From an uncultured Clostridia bacterium (GTDB lineage Bacteria; Bacillota; Clostridia; TANB77; CAG-508): a DNA stretch of 64,000 nt. A program made the position numbers and the translations under genes. Where the stretch lies: positions 1,210 through 65,209 of the forward strand of contig CAKOTF010000003.1 in NCBI GenBank assembly GCA_934120045.1. Reading direction: 5' to 3'. The notes below the pieces were generated by a model. The model was not told the DNA's origin. It was given only the letters and a program-made list of their open reading frames with translations, and made no database searches. Of the stretch, positions 31,124 through 41,228 are shown in pieces. Each line of letters opens with the position of its first letter. Positions within the stretch are counted from its first letter, which is position 1.

Positions 31124-31522
31124 ATGAAATATATAGAAATACTACAAAAATTACAAAAAGAAGAACCAGACCACATAATTCTGATGAAAAATGGAATCTT
31201 TTTTATAGCAATAGGAAAAGATGCAATAGAATTAAATAAATTAATAGGACTTCAATTAACATGTATGAAAAAAGAATTATGCAAAGTTGGTTTTCAAACT
31301 AAGAGTTTGGAAAAATATATAGAAAAAATAAAAGAAACACAAAAATCATTTATAATATATACATATAATAAAGAAACCCAAAAAGAAGAAAAAATATATC
31401 AATATACAAATGAGCCAGTAACTGAAACAAAAACATGTAATGATTGTAACAAATGCAGTAGAAAAAAAGAAACAGAAGATGAAATAATAGAAAGAGTGAA
31501 AAAACTTGGAACAATATCTTAA
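31124..31522 (+). CDS. DGR accessory ORF with an N-terminal MutS domain-I (mismatch-binding)-like segment and a CxxCxxC motif
   Basis: KYIEILQKLQKEEPDHIILMKNGIFFIAIGKDAIELNKLIGLQLT resembles the MutS N-terminus ([45 protein letters not shown]). It lies between the target gene and avd. Confidence 0.5.
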   Translation: MKYIEILQKLQKEEPDHIILMKNGIFFIAIGKDAIELNKLIGLQLTCMKKELCKVGFQTKSLEKYIEKIKETQKSFIIYTYNKETQKEEKIYQYTNEPVTETKTCNDCNKCSRKKETEDEIIERVKKLGTIS

Positions 31523-31922
31523 TATACAAGATAAGAAAAAGCAAGAACAAAGAATAATAGAAAATAATTGCTTAACAATAATTCCAAAAACAGAAAGATA
31601 TATACAATATATGCTTGACTTAATATTAAAATTACCAAGAACAGAAAAATTTAATATAGGAACAGAATATAAGACGAGTATGTATCAAATGATGGAAGAA
31701 GTAATTTATGTTAGTAAATTACCACTTGAAGAAAGATATACACATGTTATAAAAATAGATGTTTTAGTTCAATTACAAAGAATATATTTAAGACTTATGA
31801 AAAATAATAAATGGATTGATGAAAGAAAATTTAAAATAGCAATAGAGCAATTAGGCGAAATAGGAAAAATAAATGGAGGTTTAATAAAGTTCTATGGCAA
31901 GAACTATAAGAAACCAATTTGA
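31506..31922 (+). CDS. avd: Avd (accessory variability determinant) homologue, a four-helix-bundle protein
   Basis: The ERYIQYMLDLILKLPRTEKF and LVQLQRIYLRLMKNNKWIDERKFKIAIEQLGEIGKINGGLI pattern parallels Bordetella bAvd (ERYERVISYLYPIAQSIPRKH ... LRFWLRFL...AEVGRILGSWI). It overlaps the RT start. Confidence 0.7.
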   Translation: MEQYLNIQDKKKQEQRIIENNCLTIIPKTERYIQYMLDLILKLPRTEKFNIGTEYKTSMYQMMEEVIYVSKLPLEERYTHVIKIDVLVQLQRIYLRLMKNNKWIDERKFKIAIEQLGEIGKINGGLIKFYGKNYKKPI

Positions 31923-32904
31923 TAAATATTTAACATATGATAACTTAATGAAAGCACATAAGTTATCAAGAAAAGGTAAAAACCTAAGAAGGGAAGTAGT
32001 ATTATTTGACTTAAAGCAAGAAGAATATATACAATGGATATATGAACAACTGAAAACAGAAAAATATCAGCATGGAGGATACAGAATATTTATAATAACA
32101 ATACCAAAAGAAAGAAAAGTACAAGCATCAAGATATATAGACAGAATAGTACACAGATGGGTAGTAGATAATTTTTTAAAACCATATTTTGAAACACAAT
32201 TCATAAATACAACATATGCTTGCATAAAAAATAGAGGAATGCATAGAGCAACGCTAGATGTTCAAAAAGCGATGAGACATTGCAAAAATAAATGGCAAGA
32301 TTATTATATATTGAAAATGGATGTAGCAAAATACTTTCAAAATATTGATAAAGATATTTTATTTAAAATTTTAAAAAGAAAGATTAAAGATAAAAAATTA
32401 TTAAACCTAATGTGGAAAATAATATATTCAGAAGAATCACCTAAAGGAATGCCAATAGGAAATTATACTTCACAAACACTAGCAAACATATATTTGAATG
32501 AAGTTGATCAATATGCGAAAAATGAATTAAAATGTAAATATTATTTTAGATATATGGATGATACAATAATTTTATTAAAAACAAAACAAGAAGCTATCAT
32601 AGTACTAGAAAAAATAAGAAAATTCTTAAAAGAAAAGTTAGAACTTGAACTGAATTCAAAAACTCAAATTTTCAAGTCAAAACAAGGAGTGAATTTTTGT
32701 GGATATAAAATTAATGAATATAGATTAAAAATTAGAACAAGAGGAAAAAAGAGCTTAAAAGATAAAGTAAAAAAATTAGAAACGCAAATACAGCAAGGAA
32801 AGTTGACAACAAAAGATGCTTATAAATTTCTAAGTGGACATTTAGGATACATACAAATAGCTAATGTAAAAACATTAGAAAATAAATTATTTTATGAAGA
32901 TTAA
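31894..32904 (+). CDS. DGR reverse transcriptase
   Basis: RT motifs are present, including PIGNYTSQTLANIYLNEVD (the DGR-specific [IVL]GxxxSQ) and FRYMDDTIIL (YxDD). The 336-aa size is typical of DGR RTs. Confidence 0.92.
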   Translation: MARTIRNQFDKYLTYDNLMKAHKLSRKGKNLRREVVLFDLKQEEYIQWIYEQLKTEKYQHGGYRIFIITIPKERKVQASRYIDRIVHRWVVDNFLKPYFETQFINTTYACIKNRGMHRATLDVQKAMRHCKNKWQDYYILKMDVAKYFQNIDKDILFKILKRKIKDKKLLNLMWKIIYSEESPKGMPIGNYTSQTLANIYLNEVDQYAKNELKCKYYFRYMDDTIILLKTKQEAIIVLEKIRKFLKEKLELELNSKTQIFKSKQGVNFCGYKINEYRLKIRTRGKKSLKDKVKKLETQIQQGKLTTKDAYKFLSGHLGYIQIANVKTLENKLFYED

Positions 32905-32923
32905 AATAATAGGGATAAATCGT

Positions 32924-33059
32924 AAGGCCAACTCTACTAACAACAGGGTCTATCGTGGTGGCAATTACAACAACAACGGCAACAACAATCCGATGGCAAA
33001 CCGTAACAACAACAATCCGAACAACAACAACAGTAACAAACGGGTGCAGGAGCTTACTC
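32924..33059 (+). repeat. DGR template repeat (TR), AAC-rich
   Basis: It is homologous to the VR, with adenines at every variable position, and lies immediately 3' of the RT gene. Confidence 0.88.
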
Positions 33060-33243
33060 TAATATCATTCTAGATTATTTATTTCATGGAATAAATACAA
33101 CGAAATATTAGATATTAAAGAGGTTTATTCCTTCCTAATTTAGGTAAAAATGTATCGGCTAATTATGTGTTAGTAGTTATTATGAAAATATGTAATTTAG
33201 CAAAAATATTTTGAATAAAAAATTCAAAACATAGGAATAAGAA

Positions 33244-33516
33244 ATGAATGAATGTTTTTTTATAGGAAAAATAATAAAAAACAATGGATTTAAATTTATT
33301 TTAAACAAAAAAAATAAATCTAAAATTGAATTTGAACTGAAATTAATAGATAATAACATATTAAAAATAGTTGCATATGATGAAAAAGCAGATTTTATAT
33401 TCAGAAATAATTTTGATATAAATGATATTGTTTTCATTAAGGGAAAAATAAGAACAGAACATGAAAAATTAATAATTGTTATTAATTATATAGAAAAAAT
33501 ATTTAGGAAAAAATAG
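33244..33516 (+). CDS. small hypothetical protein upstream of the pilus operon
   Basis: A 90-aa ORF with no recognisable motifs. Confidence 0.35.
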   Translation: MNECFFIGKIIKNNGFKFILNKKNKSKIEFELKLIDNNILKIVAYDEKADFIFRNNFDINDIVFIKGKIRTEHEKLIIVINYIEKIFRKK

Positions 33517-33536
33517 AAGGGAGGTATACCAAAGAA

Positions 33537-36500
33537 ATGAGCAAAAAGAAACTTACGAAAAAAAGTATAATATTAAGAACAATAATTGTACTAATAGCAG
33601 TAAGTATAGTAATTGGTATATATGTATTAAACAAAACACAAAAAATTGATAAATCTACAATGTCATCAGAATTACAAAGAACACAAGCATATGATGATGT
33701 AAAAGATGGAGATAATGCAATAAAAGATAATGCTGGAAATACAGTAAATGCAGTAAAATTTGATGCATTTTTCTTAAAAGATAAAAATGGAGACGGAGTA
33801 GCAGAATCAATAAGAGGAACATGTAATGAAATAGGAAGCCAAGCAAGTTTATACATGGAATTAAGTGTACTTGAACAAGGAAGACTAAAAGATGGAAAAA
33901 TAACAATTAATTCTAACAACTTTTATTTTAATACAACAATTGTAAAAGACAACGAAGTAAAAGACAACTATATTTCATCAAATACAAAAGAAATAAACTT
34001 TAATGAAATAGGTAATGGTACACAAAAATTATTAATAGGTTCAGTTCGTTCAGGTGATTATTCAAATTCTTATACAAAAACAAGTGCAATTGGAAATGAT
34101 ACAACAAAATATAGTAAAGAAAATTCTATAACATTTTCAGGAACATTTGTAGATAGTGAAGGGAATGAAACTACATTTTCTAAGGAAGTTCCGTTTACAG
34201 TTGACTGGTATGGTGAAACACATGTAGAAATTGATCCTAAAAGTCAAACTGTAGAAGTTACAGAAATGAATGATTTATCTACAGAAGATGGAGTAAAATT
34301 AAATTTTAATATTAGAACTGTAGAAAATAAAAACCAATTAAGTATATCAAGTTCAGAAATTAGTGGAACTATACCAGAATTAAATGGATATAAACCAACA
34401 TCAGTAAAAATATCTGGAACAAATGTAACATATACATATGATGCAGAAACAAGTGAATTTACAGCACAAAGAACAGCTGTGTTAAATGAAACTGGAGTTA
34501 TAACTTCAAATGGATATTCTTATTCATACTCTTCTGGTAATAGATATACAGAATTTAATTTTGAAATAACATATCCGGAAGAAGCATATACAGCTTTAGG
34601 TCAAGATGTAACAAGTTTTGAATTAGCAATTCCTGTACAAGCAGTAACAAGAGGATATAACAATCCAAATGAAGAAGACGGATTTATAAATCCATATGTA
34701 TCAAATACTGCAACAGGAATAGTAACAACAACATGGAGAAAACATGTAGGGCAATTATATGATTTTGCTATATATGTAGGAACATATATGGGTTCACCAT
34801 ATAATACATATGTTATTCAAAAGAAGAAACCATTAAACATTTATAATGGAATATCAGCAGAAGAAAAAAATGATACATATTTAGTACAATGGAGAACATA
34901 TACAGGCTCAAATGGTGCAACAGATGGAATAATAATGAATGAAACAACAGGAAAAACAGATTCATTTTTAAACACATCAGCAAAATATGAATCAATGGAT
35001 GAATTAACAACAAATGTTGGAATTTATTTTAGTGGTGCAAATAATGCATTAAATTCTGATGGATGGATTAAAGTATATGATGCAGATACAGATACACTAA
35101 TAAATACATTTACAGAAGAAGACTGGTCAGACTATACTTCTTCAAATCCATATAAATACGAAAATTCTATAAAACATATTAGAGTAGAAACAAGTAGTAC
35201 AAATGAACAATGTTATTTCTATGTAAATAATATCAAAGAATTAGATGATGAATATATAACAACAAAATATACAAAAGAAGAATTTGACAATTTATCATAC
35301 ATATACAGTTATTTAGATGGAAAAATGATAAAACCAAAAACAGATGAAAATGAAGAAACAACATATTGTTTTAAAGAAAGTGAAAGTAATAGAGCATTAT
35401 ATCAAGCACCAACATCTGTTGCAACAATATCAATAAAAGACAATACAATATCAACACATGTAACAGCAGAACACCAACAAATAACAATATCAACACAAAC
35501 ATCAGGATATAATGAACAAGGTTGGAAAAATAGTTCATTTTTAGTACAATTACCAAGTGAAATAATACTTGGAGAAATTAATACTGTAACAACAAATAAT
35601 TCAAATGTAAAAATAACAGCATATGATATATATGAAGAAAATGGAAATTATTACATAAGAATATTAACAGAAAATTCAAATGAGGAAACATTTAATATTA
35701 TAGTAGATTGTGATTTAACACCAGACCCAAGAATAGCAAAAACAACAAAATATGTAAAATTATGGGCTAAAAATGGAATAGCATCAGATTATTATTATTC
35801 TGGTGAAGATAAATATGATGTTGATGGAAATTCTAATACAACAGAAAAAGTAAATTATAGAGAAACATCATTTACATTTGATCCAGGTTCAAGTTTAAGT
35901 ACAACTCAAGTAGGAAGTAATTATGATGGTGAAGGTGGTATAACAATAGCACCAAGAGTTGCAAAAACAGATAAAGGACAAAGAACAGCAACAATTACAG
36001 TATCTGCAACAAATAATTACACATATGATATACAAGACTTGAAAATATTGGGTGTAATACCATTTGAAGGAAATCAATTTGTAATTAGTGGAAATGATTT
36101 AGGTTCAACATTTACAACATATATAAGTAAAGGTGGATTATCAACAATAACTAATGCAATAAAAGATAAAGTAAAAATATATTATTCAACAACAGAAAGA
36201 CCAAGCAAAGATGTAGAAGATTTAGCAAATGGTTGGAAATTAGCTAATGATGTTGAAGATTGGACAAAAATAAAAACATATTTAATTGTATTAGATAATT
36301 CATATAAATTATCATCAGGAGATAAAATTGAATTTGAATATGAAATCAATTTACCAGAAGGTGTTGATTATAATAAAATAGCATATTCAGAACATGCAAT
36401 ATATTTCGCATTAAATACTGATGAAGGATTATATTATACCTCAACAGGCTCTGCAAGATTAGGATTTATGATAGCAAAACAATATGATTTAGAAATTGTA

Positions 36501-39500
36501 AAATATCAAAAAGATACTGAAAAAACATTACAAGGAATAACATTTGCAATTACTGAAGATGGTGCAGAAACAAGTACAATTAAAACAACAGATGCAGATG
36601 GAAAACTTTTAGTAACAGGTTTATATGCAGAAAGATATTATACAATAAAAGAAATAAAAACAACAGATGATTATGTATTAAATCAAGAAGAAATAAGATT
36701 TTATACATACACAAAAATAAATGAAGATGGATCAGAGAGTTTATATTTAACATATCCAAATAAAGAAAATGAAAGTACACATTTGAATGTTATATATAAA
36801 ACAGTTAGAAATGACCAAGTAAATCCACCAAGTAATGGAAAAGATTATAAAATTCAAGTAAAAGTTAATAATGAAGTAAAAGCTAAATTAAAAATTAATA
36901 AAACAGATTTATCTGGAAATGTTTTAAAAAATGTTAAATTTATATTAACAGGAGAAGGAAAAAATGGCGAGATATTAACAACAGATAAAAATGGAGATAT
37001 TAATACATCAGGACTTCTTTTAGGTAAAGAATATACATTAGAAGAGATAAAAGCAACAGGTTATTATATTCCACAGACAAAAATTAAGTTTACAATATCA
37101 AATAATAATGGAAATTTTGAATTAAATTATACAGATAATAATACAACAAAAACAAAACAGATTATAACAACAGATGAAATACCAACAATAGAGTTAAATT
37201 TACAAAATGAAAAAATACCTACATATAGTTTACAATTAACCAAATATGCAAAAGGAGAAAAAGATACAAATGGAAATGATAAAAAATTAGCAAAAGCTCA
37301 ATATTTAATTAAAGGTGAAGGCATAAAAGATGAAGGTAAGATTTATACAACAGATGATAATGGAGTTCTTACAATAAATGATTTATATGAATATGTAGAA
37401 GGAAAATATATAACAGGTGAATATATATTAAAAGAAATTTATGCACCAGAAGGATATTCTCTAGACTCTACTGAATTGAAATTTAAAGCATATAGAGAAA
37501 ATGGGACATTGAAAATACAAATTCTTGAAGGTGATTCTGTAATTAGAAAGATTACAGTTGATGGTGTAGATAAAACAGACTTAAATATAAAAGATGCAGC
37601 TACTTCAAATGCAATAATTGAAATAGGTGTTGAAGATGGACAAATATTTTCAATTTATAAATATTATCAAGATGGTACAAGTTCAGCTAAAAAGCCAATA
37701 CCTGGAACAAGATTTAAAATTACAGATTTAAATGGAAATTATGTTACAGGTTCAGATGGGAAGACTGTTGGACAATGGTTTGATACAACTCCAGAACAAT
37801 TACCTGTACCAGATATAACATTATCTTCTACAGGAACATATCAATGGACACAAAGAGATGATGGAACTTGGGAAAGTACAGGAATTTATCATCAAGCAAG
37901 TAAAACAACAACATTGACATCAAATGAAATAGATTTAAAGCAAGCAGCAACATTGAAATTTGATTGGTCAGTATCATCTGAAAGTGTAAGTTATGATTAT
38001 GTTTATTATACAATTACAAATTTAGATACAAATAAAGTAGTAAATGGAACAGGAACATCAACCAAAATTGGTGGAACAAGTTATGGAACAGTTTATGAAA
38101 GTTTGAAATTTTTAAATGTATCATTAGATTTAACAGCAGGAAAATATAAAATCGAATTTACTTATAGGAAAGATGGATCAGGAGATAAAGGCTTAGACGC
38201 AGCTTTTATAAGAAATGTAAGATTTGAACAAAAAGAAGTTGAAAAAACAGGATATTATGCTGTAACAACAGATTCAAATGGACAAATAACAGCAAATTTA
38301 CCAGAAGGTTTATACAAGGCAATAGAAGTATATACAAATGATAGATATGTATTACCAGAAAAAGAAGCAGATAGAACATATTATTTTGGAATTGGTTCAT
38401 CACAAGCAGCAACATGGGATTGGGTAACAGGATTAACAGGAGAAGGTTGGAACTATGTAAATTCAGTTTCTGCACAAAAAGATGGAGGAGTAATAGCAGT
38501 TGGTTCATTCTCTAAATATTCAACAAATGTTGTAGCAAATGCTGTAGATGGAATTGATATAGATAATGATGGAACAGTTGATGAAATATCAGAAGGAAGC
38601 AATGATGGACTAATAATATCTTATGATACAGACGGAAAAGTAGTATGGTCAAAAACATTTGGAGGAGATAGTGATGATTCATTAAATAAAGTTATTCAAA
38701 CATCAGATGGAGGATATGTTGCAGTTGGATATGCTGAGAGTAATTCAATAAAATATGATGGAAAAATAATAAGTGAGCTTTCAAGAACATCAACAGATAA
38801 TTTATCACAAAAAGATGCAATATTATTAAAAATAAGTAAAGATGGAACTTATGAATGGGGCTTAAGAATTGGTGGAACAGGTGATGATGAAATACAATCA
38901 GTAATAGAAACAAGTGAAGGAAATTTCGCAATTACAGGAAACTATTATAGTTCACCATTTAACTTTTTTGATAGAGCAGGAACTGAAGTCAAAGGAACAA
39001 TGACAAATACTGGAGAAAGAGATGCATTTGTAGCATCATATTCTTCAACAGGAATATATCAGTGGAGTTCAGCAATAGGAGGAACAAATAATCAAGATGC
39101 GCCAGATTTAACAGAATATTCTACAGGAATTGCAGTAGCATCAAATTCAAGTACATCAGCACGTATCAGCTTATATTCATTAACAGGATCAGCTATAAAA
39201 AGTGCATTTTTAATAGGTAGTGGAACAAGCAAAATAACAAGTTTAGATACATATACAGATGGAACAATTATTGCAGGTGTAAATTATACAGGAACACAAT
39301 TTGATGCAGGAATATATAAAATAACAACAACAGGAAGTTCAACAAGAATTTATGAATTAACAGGAACTTATGATGAATATGTATCAGATGTACAAGTAAC
39401 ATCAGATGGAGGAATTTTATTTGGAGGCTGGTATTATTCAACAGATACAGCTGGAAGTGATGGAACAACATTTGAAGAAAAATCTGGTGAATATGCATGT

Positions 39501-41228
39501 GATGGATATGTAATAAAACTAAATTCAAAAAATGTTGTTGAATATTCAAGCAGATTATATGGAGACAATTATGATGGAGTAAATACAGTTACAGAAACAA
39601 GAAATGGAGCATTAGTATCTGGAGGATTTTATAATTCGTCAACATTTAGTGCAACAAATTGTAAAATAGAGAAAAGTGAAGATGATACAACACCAGTAGA
39701 ACAAATGCTTACAAGAGTTGGAAATTCAGAAGCATTTATAATAGCAGAAGGTGCATCAGGTGCAGAAGTACCAGAATCACAAAAATTAGAAGTTGAAAAC
39801 CAAATAAAATCATTCAAAATAACAACAGAGGTTAAAAAGAAAAATAATGTAGCTGGTGGAGATATAGATGGACAAACAGGTGTAACAATAGATGGAGTTA
39901 ACTATACAAAAGACGGAATAAGATATGTAGAAAAAGTAAAATATGGAGAAAATTCAAAAAATGCAATAAAAATAACACCAAATGCAAAATATGTAATAGA
40001 CAGTATAATAATAAATGGAAAAGAATATACAAACTTTACAACAGCAGAAGATGGAACAGTAACATTACCAATATTTGATAATGTATTAGAAGATAAGCAC
40101 ATTGTAGTACAATTTAGTAATACAATGGCAAATATAGAAGTAAATCATTATCTATGGACAAAAGCTGATGGGCCAACAACTACAAAAGTAGCAGAAACAC
40201 AAACAAGTACAGGAGAAGTTGGAACAACATATGAAACATCACCAAATACAGATATAGAATATGTAATTATAACAAATTCAGATTATTATGGTGAGAATTT
40301 ACCAGAAGGAGTAGTAGGAAGTGATTACTATATTCCAGCAAATTATAAAGGAACATATACAGAAGGAACAAAAGAAGTAATAAATTATTATTATAAAGAA
40401 AAAACATATAAATTAACAGTTCATCACTATTTAGATGGAACAACAGAATCAGTACCACTTAAAGATTCAACAACAGGTGAAAAAGTAGCAGATGAAATAA
40501 CAGAAGATTTAAAGAAAAATAGTGAATACACAACAACACAAGCAGGAGAAACAAAAATAGATTATTCAATTTATGAACTAGTTTCAATTCCAGAAAATGC
40601 TACTGGAACAATACAAGAAGATACAGAAGTAACATATTATTATAAAATAAAAACAGCAGATATTAGAATAACTAAAGTAGCAGAAGAAGATCATGAAAAA
40701 ACATTAGTAGATACGCAATTTGTATTATATCAATTTGTAGGAACAACTTCAAAAGATGAATTGATAGATACAAAAAATGTAAGCTCAGATTGGAAATTAA
40801 TTGGAACATATGCAACATCAAATTTAGGAATATTAAAACTAGAAAATTTACCAATAAATGAAGAATATAGATTAATAGAAATAAAAGCAACAGAAGGAAG
40901 AATAATTCCAGATGGACAATGGAAAATTCAATTTGTTACTGGAAATTATGACACAACAGATACATCAATAGTTACTATTAATGGGGTACCATTTAAAATA
41001 AATGCAATAGGAAATCCACCAGCTATGGTAAAAACAGATGATGGAAAACTATTACTTCCAAACAAGGAATATTATAAATTTCCAACAAGTGGAAGTATAG
41101 AACTAAAAATGTTTTATCAAACTGGAATGATTATTGTTACGATAGGGGTTGTTATAATGGCTCTTATAATAGTAAAAAGGTGTTATGTAAAAAACACTAA
41201 AAAAGTAAAGAAAGGGAGAAAACACTAA
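33537..41228 (+). CDS. giant (2563-aa) pilus tip/surface adhesin with an N-terminal signal-anchor, several Cna-B/SpaA-like isopeptide domains, an SBBP beta-propeller repeat region and a C-terminal membrane anchor
   Basis: Repeated domains of the form LEIVKYQKDTEKTLQGITFAITEDG...YYTIKEIKTTDDY (prealbumin-like fold). Repeats GGDSDDSLNKVIQTSDGGYVAVGY and GGTGDDEIQSVIETSEGNFAITGN are SBBP-type. The C-terminus has a hydrophobic helix and a KRK tail after FPTSG. Confidence 0.85.
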   Translation: MSKKKLTKKSIILRTIIVLIAVSIVIGIYVLNKTQKIDKSTMSSELQRTQAYDDVKDGDNAIKDNAGNTVNAVKFDAFFLKDKNGDGVAESIRGTCNEIGSQASLYMELSVLEQGRLKDGKITINSNNFYFNTTIVKDNEVKDNYISSNTKEINFNEIGNGTQKLLIGSVRSGDYSNSYTKTSAIGNDTTKYSKENSITFSGTFVDSEGNETTFSKEVPFTVDWYGETHVEIDPKSQTVEVTEMNDLSTEDGVKLNFNIRTVENKNQLSISSSEISGTIPELNGYKPTSVKISGTNVTYTYDAETSEFTAQRTAVLNETGVITSNGYSYSYSSGNRYTEFNFEITYPEEAYTALGQDVTSFELAIPVQAVTRGYNNPNEEDGFINPYVSNTATGIVTTTWRKHVGQLYDFAIYVGTYMGSPYNTYVIQKKKPLNIYNGISAEEKNDTYLVQWRTYTGSNGATDGIIMNETTGKTDSFLNTSAKYESMDELTTNVGIYFSGANNALNSDGWIKVYDADTDTLINTFTEEDWSDYTSSNPYKYENSIKHIRVETSSTNEQCYFYVNNIKELDDEYITTKYTKEEFDNLSYIYSYLDGKMIKPKTDENEETTYCFKESESNRALYQAPTSVATISIKDNTISTHVTAEHQQITISTQTSGYNEQGWKNSSFLVQLPSEIILGEINTVTTNNSNVKITAYDIYEENGNYYIRILTENSNEETFNIIVDCDLTPDPRIAKTTKYVKLWAKNGIASDYYYSGEDKYDVDGNSNTTEKVNYRETSFTFDPGSSLSTTQVGSNYDGEGGITIAPRVAKTDKGQRTATITVSATNNYTYDIQDLKILGVIPFEGNQFVISGNDLGSTFTTYISKGGLSTITNAIKDKVKIYYSTTERPSKDVEDLANGWKLANDVEDWTKIKTYLIVLDNSYKLSSGDKIEFEYEINLPEGVDYNKIAYSEHAIYFALNTDEGLYYTSTGSARLGFMIAKQYDLEIVKYQKDTEKTLQGITFAITEDGAETSTIKTTDADGKLLVTGLYAERYYTIKEIKTTDDYVLNQEEIRFYTYTKINEDGSESLYLTYPNKENESTHLNVIYKTVRNDQVNPPSNGKDYKIQVKVNNEVKAKLKINKTDLSGNVLKNVKFILTGEGKNGEILTTDKNGDINTSGLLLGKEYTLEEIKATGYYIPQTKIKFTISNNNGNFELNYTDNNTTKTKQIITTDEIPTIELNLQNEKIPTYSLQLTKYAKGEKDTNGNDKKLAKAQYLIKGEGIKDEGKIYTTDDNGVLTINDLYEYVEGKYITGEYILKEIYAPEGYSLDSTELKFKAYRENGTLKIQILEGDSVIRKITVDGVDKTDLNIKDAATSNAIIEIGVEDGQIFSIYKYYQDGTSSAKKPIPGTRFKITDLNGNYVTGSDGKTVGQWFDTTPEQLPVPDITLSSTGTYQWTQRDDGTWESTGIYHQASKTTTLTSNEIDLKQAATLKFDWSVSSESVSYDYVYYTITNLDTNKVVNGTGTSTKIGGTSYGTVYESLKFLNVSLDLTAGKYKIEFTYRKDGSGDKGLDAAFIRNVRFEQKEVEKTGYYAVTTDSNGQITANLPEGLYKAIEVYTNDRYVLPEKEADRTYYFGIGSSQAATWDWVTGLTGEGWNYVNSVSAQKDGGVIAVGSFSKYSTNVVANAVDGIDIDNDGTVDEISEGSNDGLIISYDTDGKVVWSKTFGGDSDDSLNKVIQTSDGGYVAVGYAESNSIKYDGKIISELSRTSTDNLSQKDAILLKISKDGTYEWGLRIGGTGDDEIQSVIETSEGNFAITGNYYSSPFNFFDRAGTEVKGTMTNTGERDAFVASYSSTGIYQWSSAIGGTNNQDAPDLTEYSTGIAVASNSSTSARISLYSLTGSAIKSAFLIGSGTSKITSLDTYTDGTIIAGVNYTGTQFDAGIYKITTTGSSTRIYELTGTYDEYVSDVQVTSDGGILFGGWYYSTDTAGSDGTTFEEKSGEYACDGYVIKLNSKNVVEYSSRLYGDNYDGVNTVTETRNGALVSGGFYNSSTFSATNCKIEKSEDDTTPVEQMLTRVGNSEAFIIAEGASGAEVPESQKLEVENQIKSFKITTEVKKKNNVAGGDIDGQTGVTIDGVNYTKDGIRYVEKVKYGENSKNAIKITPNAKYVIDSIIINGKEYTNFTTAEDGTVTLPIFDNVLEDKHIVVQFSNTMANIEVNHYLWTKADGPTTTKVAETQTSTGEVGTTYETSPNTDIEYVIITNSDYYGENLPEGVVGSDYYIPANYKGTYTEGTKEVINYYYKEKTYKLTVHHYLDGTTESVPLKDSTTGEKVADEITEDLKKNSEYTTTQAGETKIDYSIYELVSIPENATGTIQEDTEVTYYYKIKTADIRITKVAEEDHEKTLVDTQFVLYQFVGTTSKDELIDTKNVSSDWKLIGTYATSNLGILKLENLPINEEYRLIEIKATEGRIIPDGQWKIQFVTGNYDTTDTSIVTINGVPFKINAIGNPPAMVKTDDGKLLLPNKEYYKFPTSGSIELKMFYQTGMIIVTIGVVIMALIIVKRCYVKNTKKVKKGRKH

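Larger units (their letters stand above)
28874..33060 (+). mobile_element. diversity-generating retroelement (DGR) cassette: target gene with 3' VR, MutS-domain-I-like ORF, Avd, reverse transcriptase and TR
   Basis: A 136-bp VR/TR pair in which every mismatch lies at a TR adenine. The RT carries IGNYTSQ and YMDD. An Avd-like four-helix protein is present and IMH-like GC-rich 3' ends are conserved. Confidence 0.9.

Noticed and set aside
33061-33240. Possible additional DGR component or second TR downstream of the TR
   Set aside because: The segment is AT-rich and has no homology to the VR. Only one TR/VR pair is detectable by eye in this window. Remote VRs elsewhere in the genome cannot be excluded.
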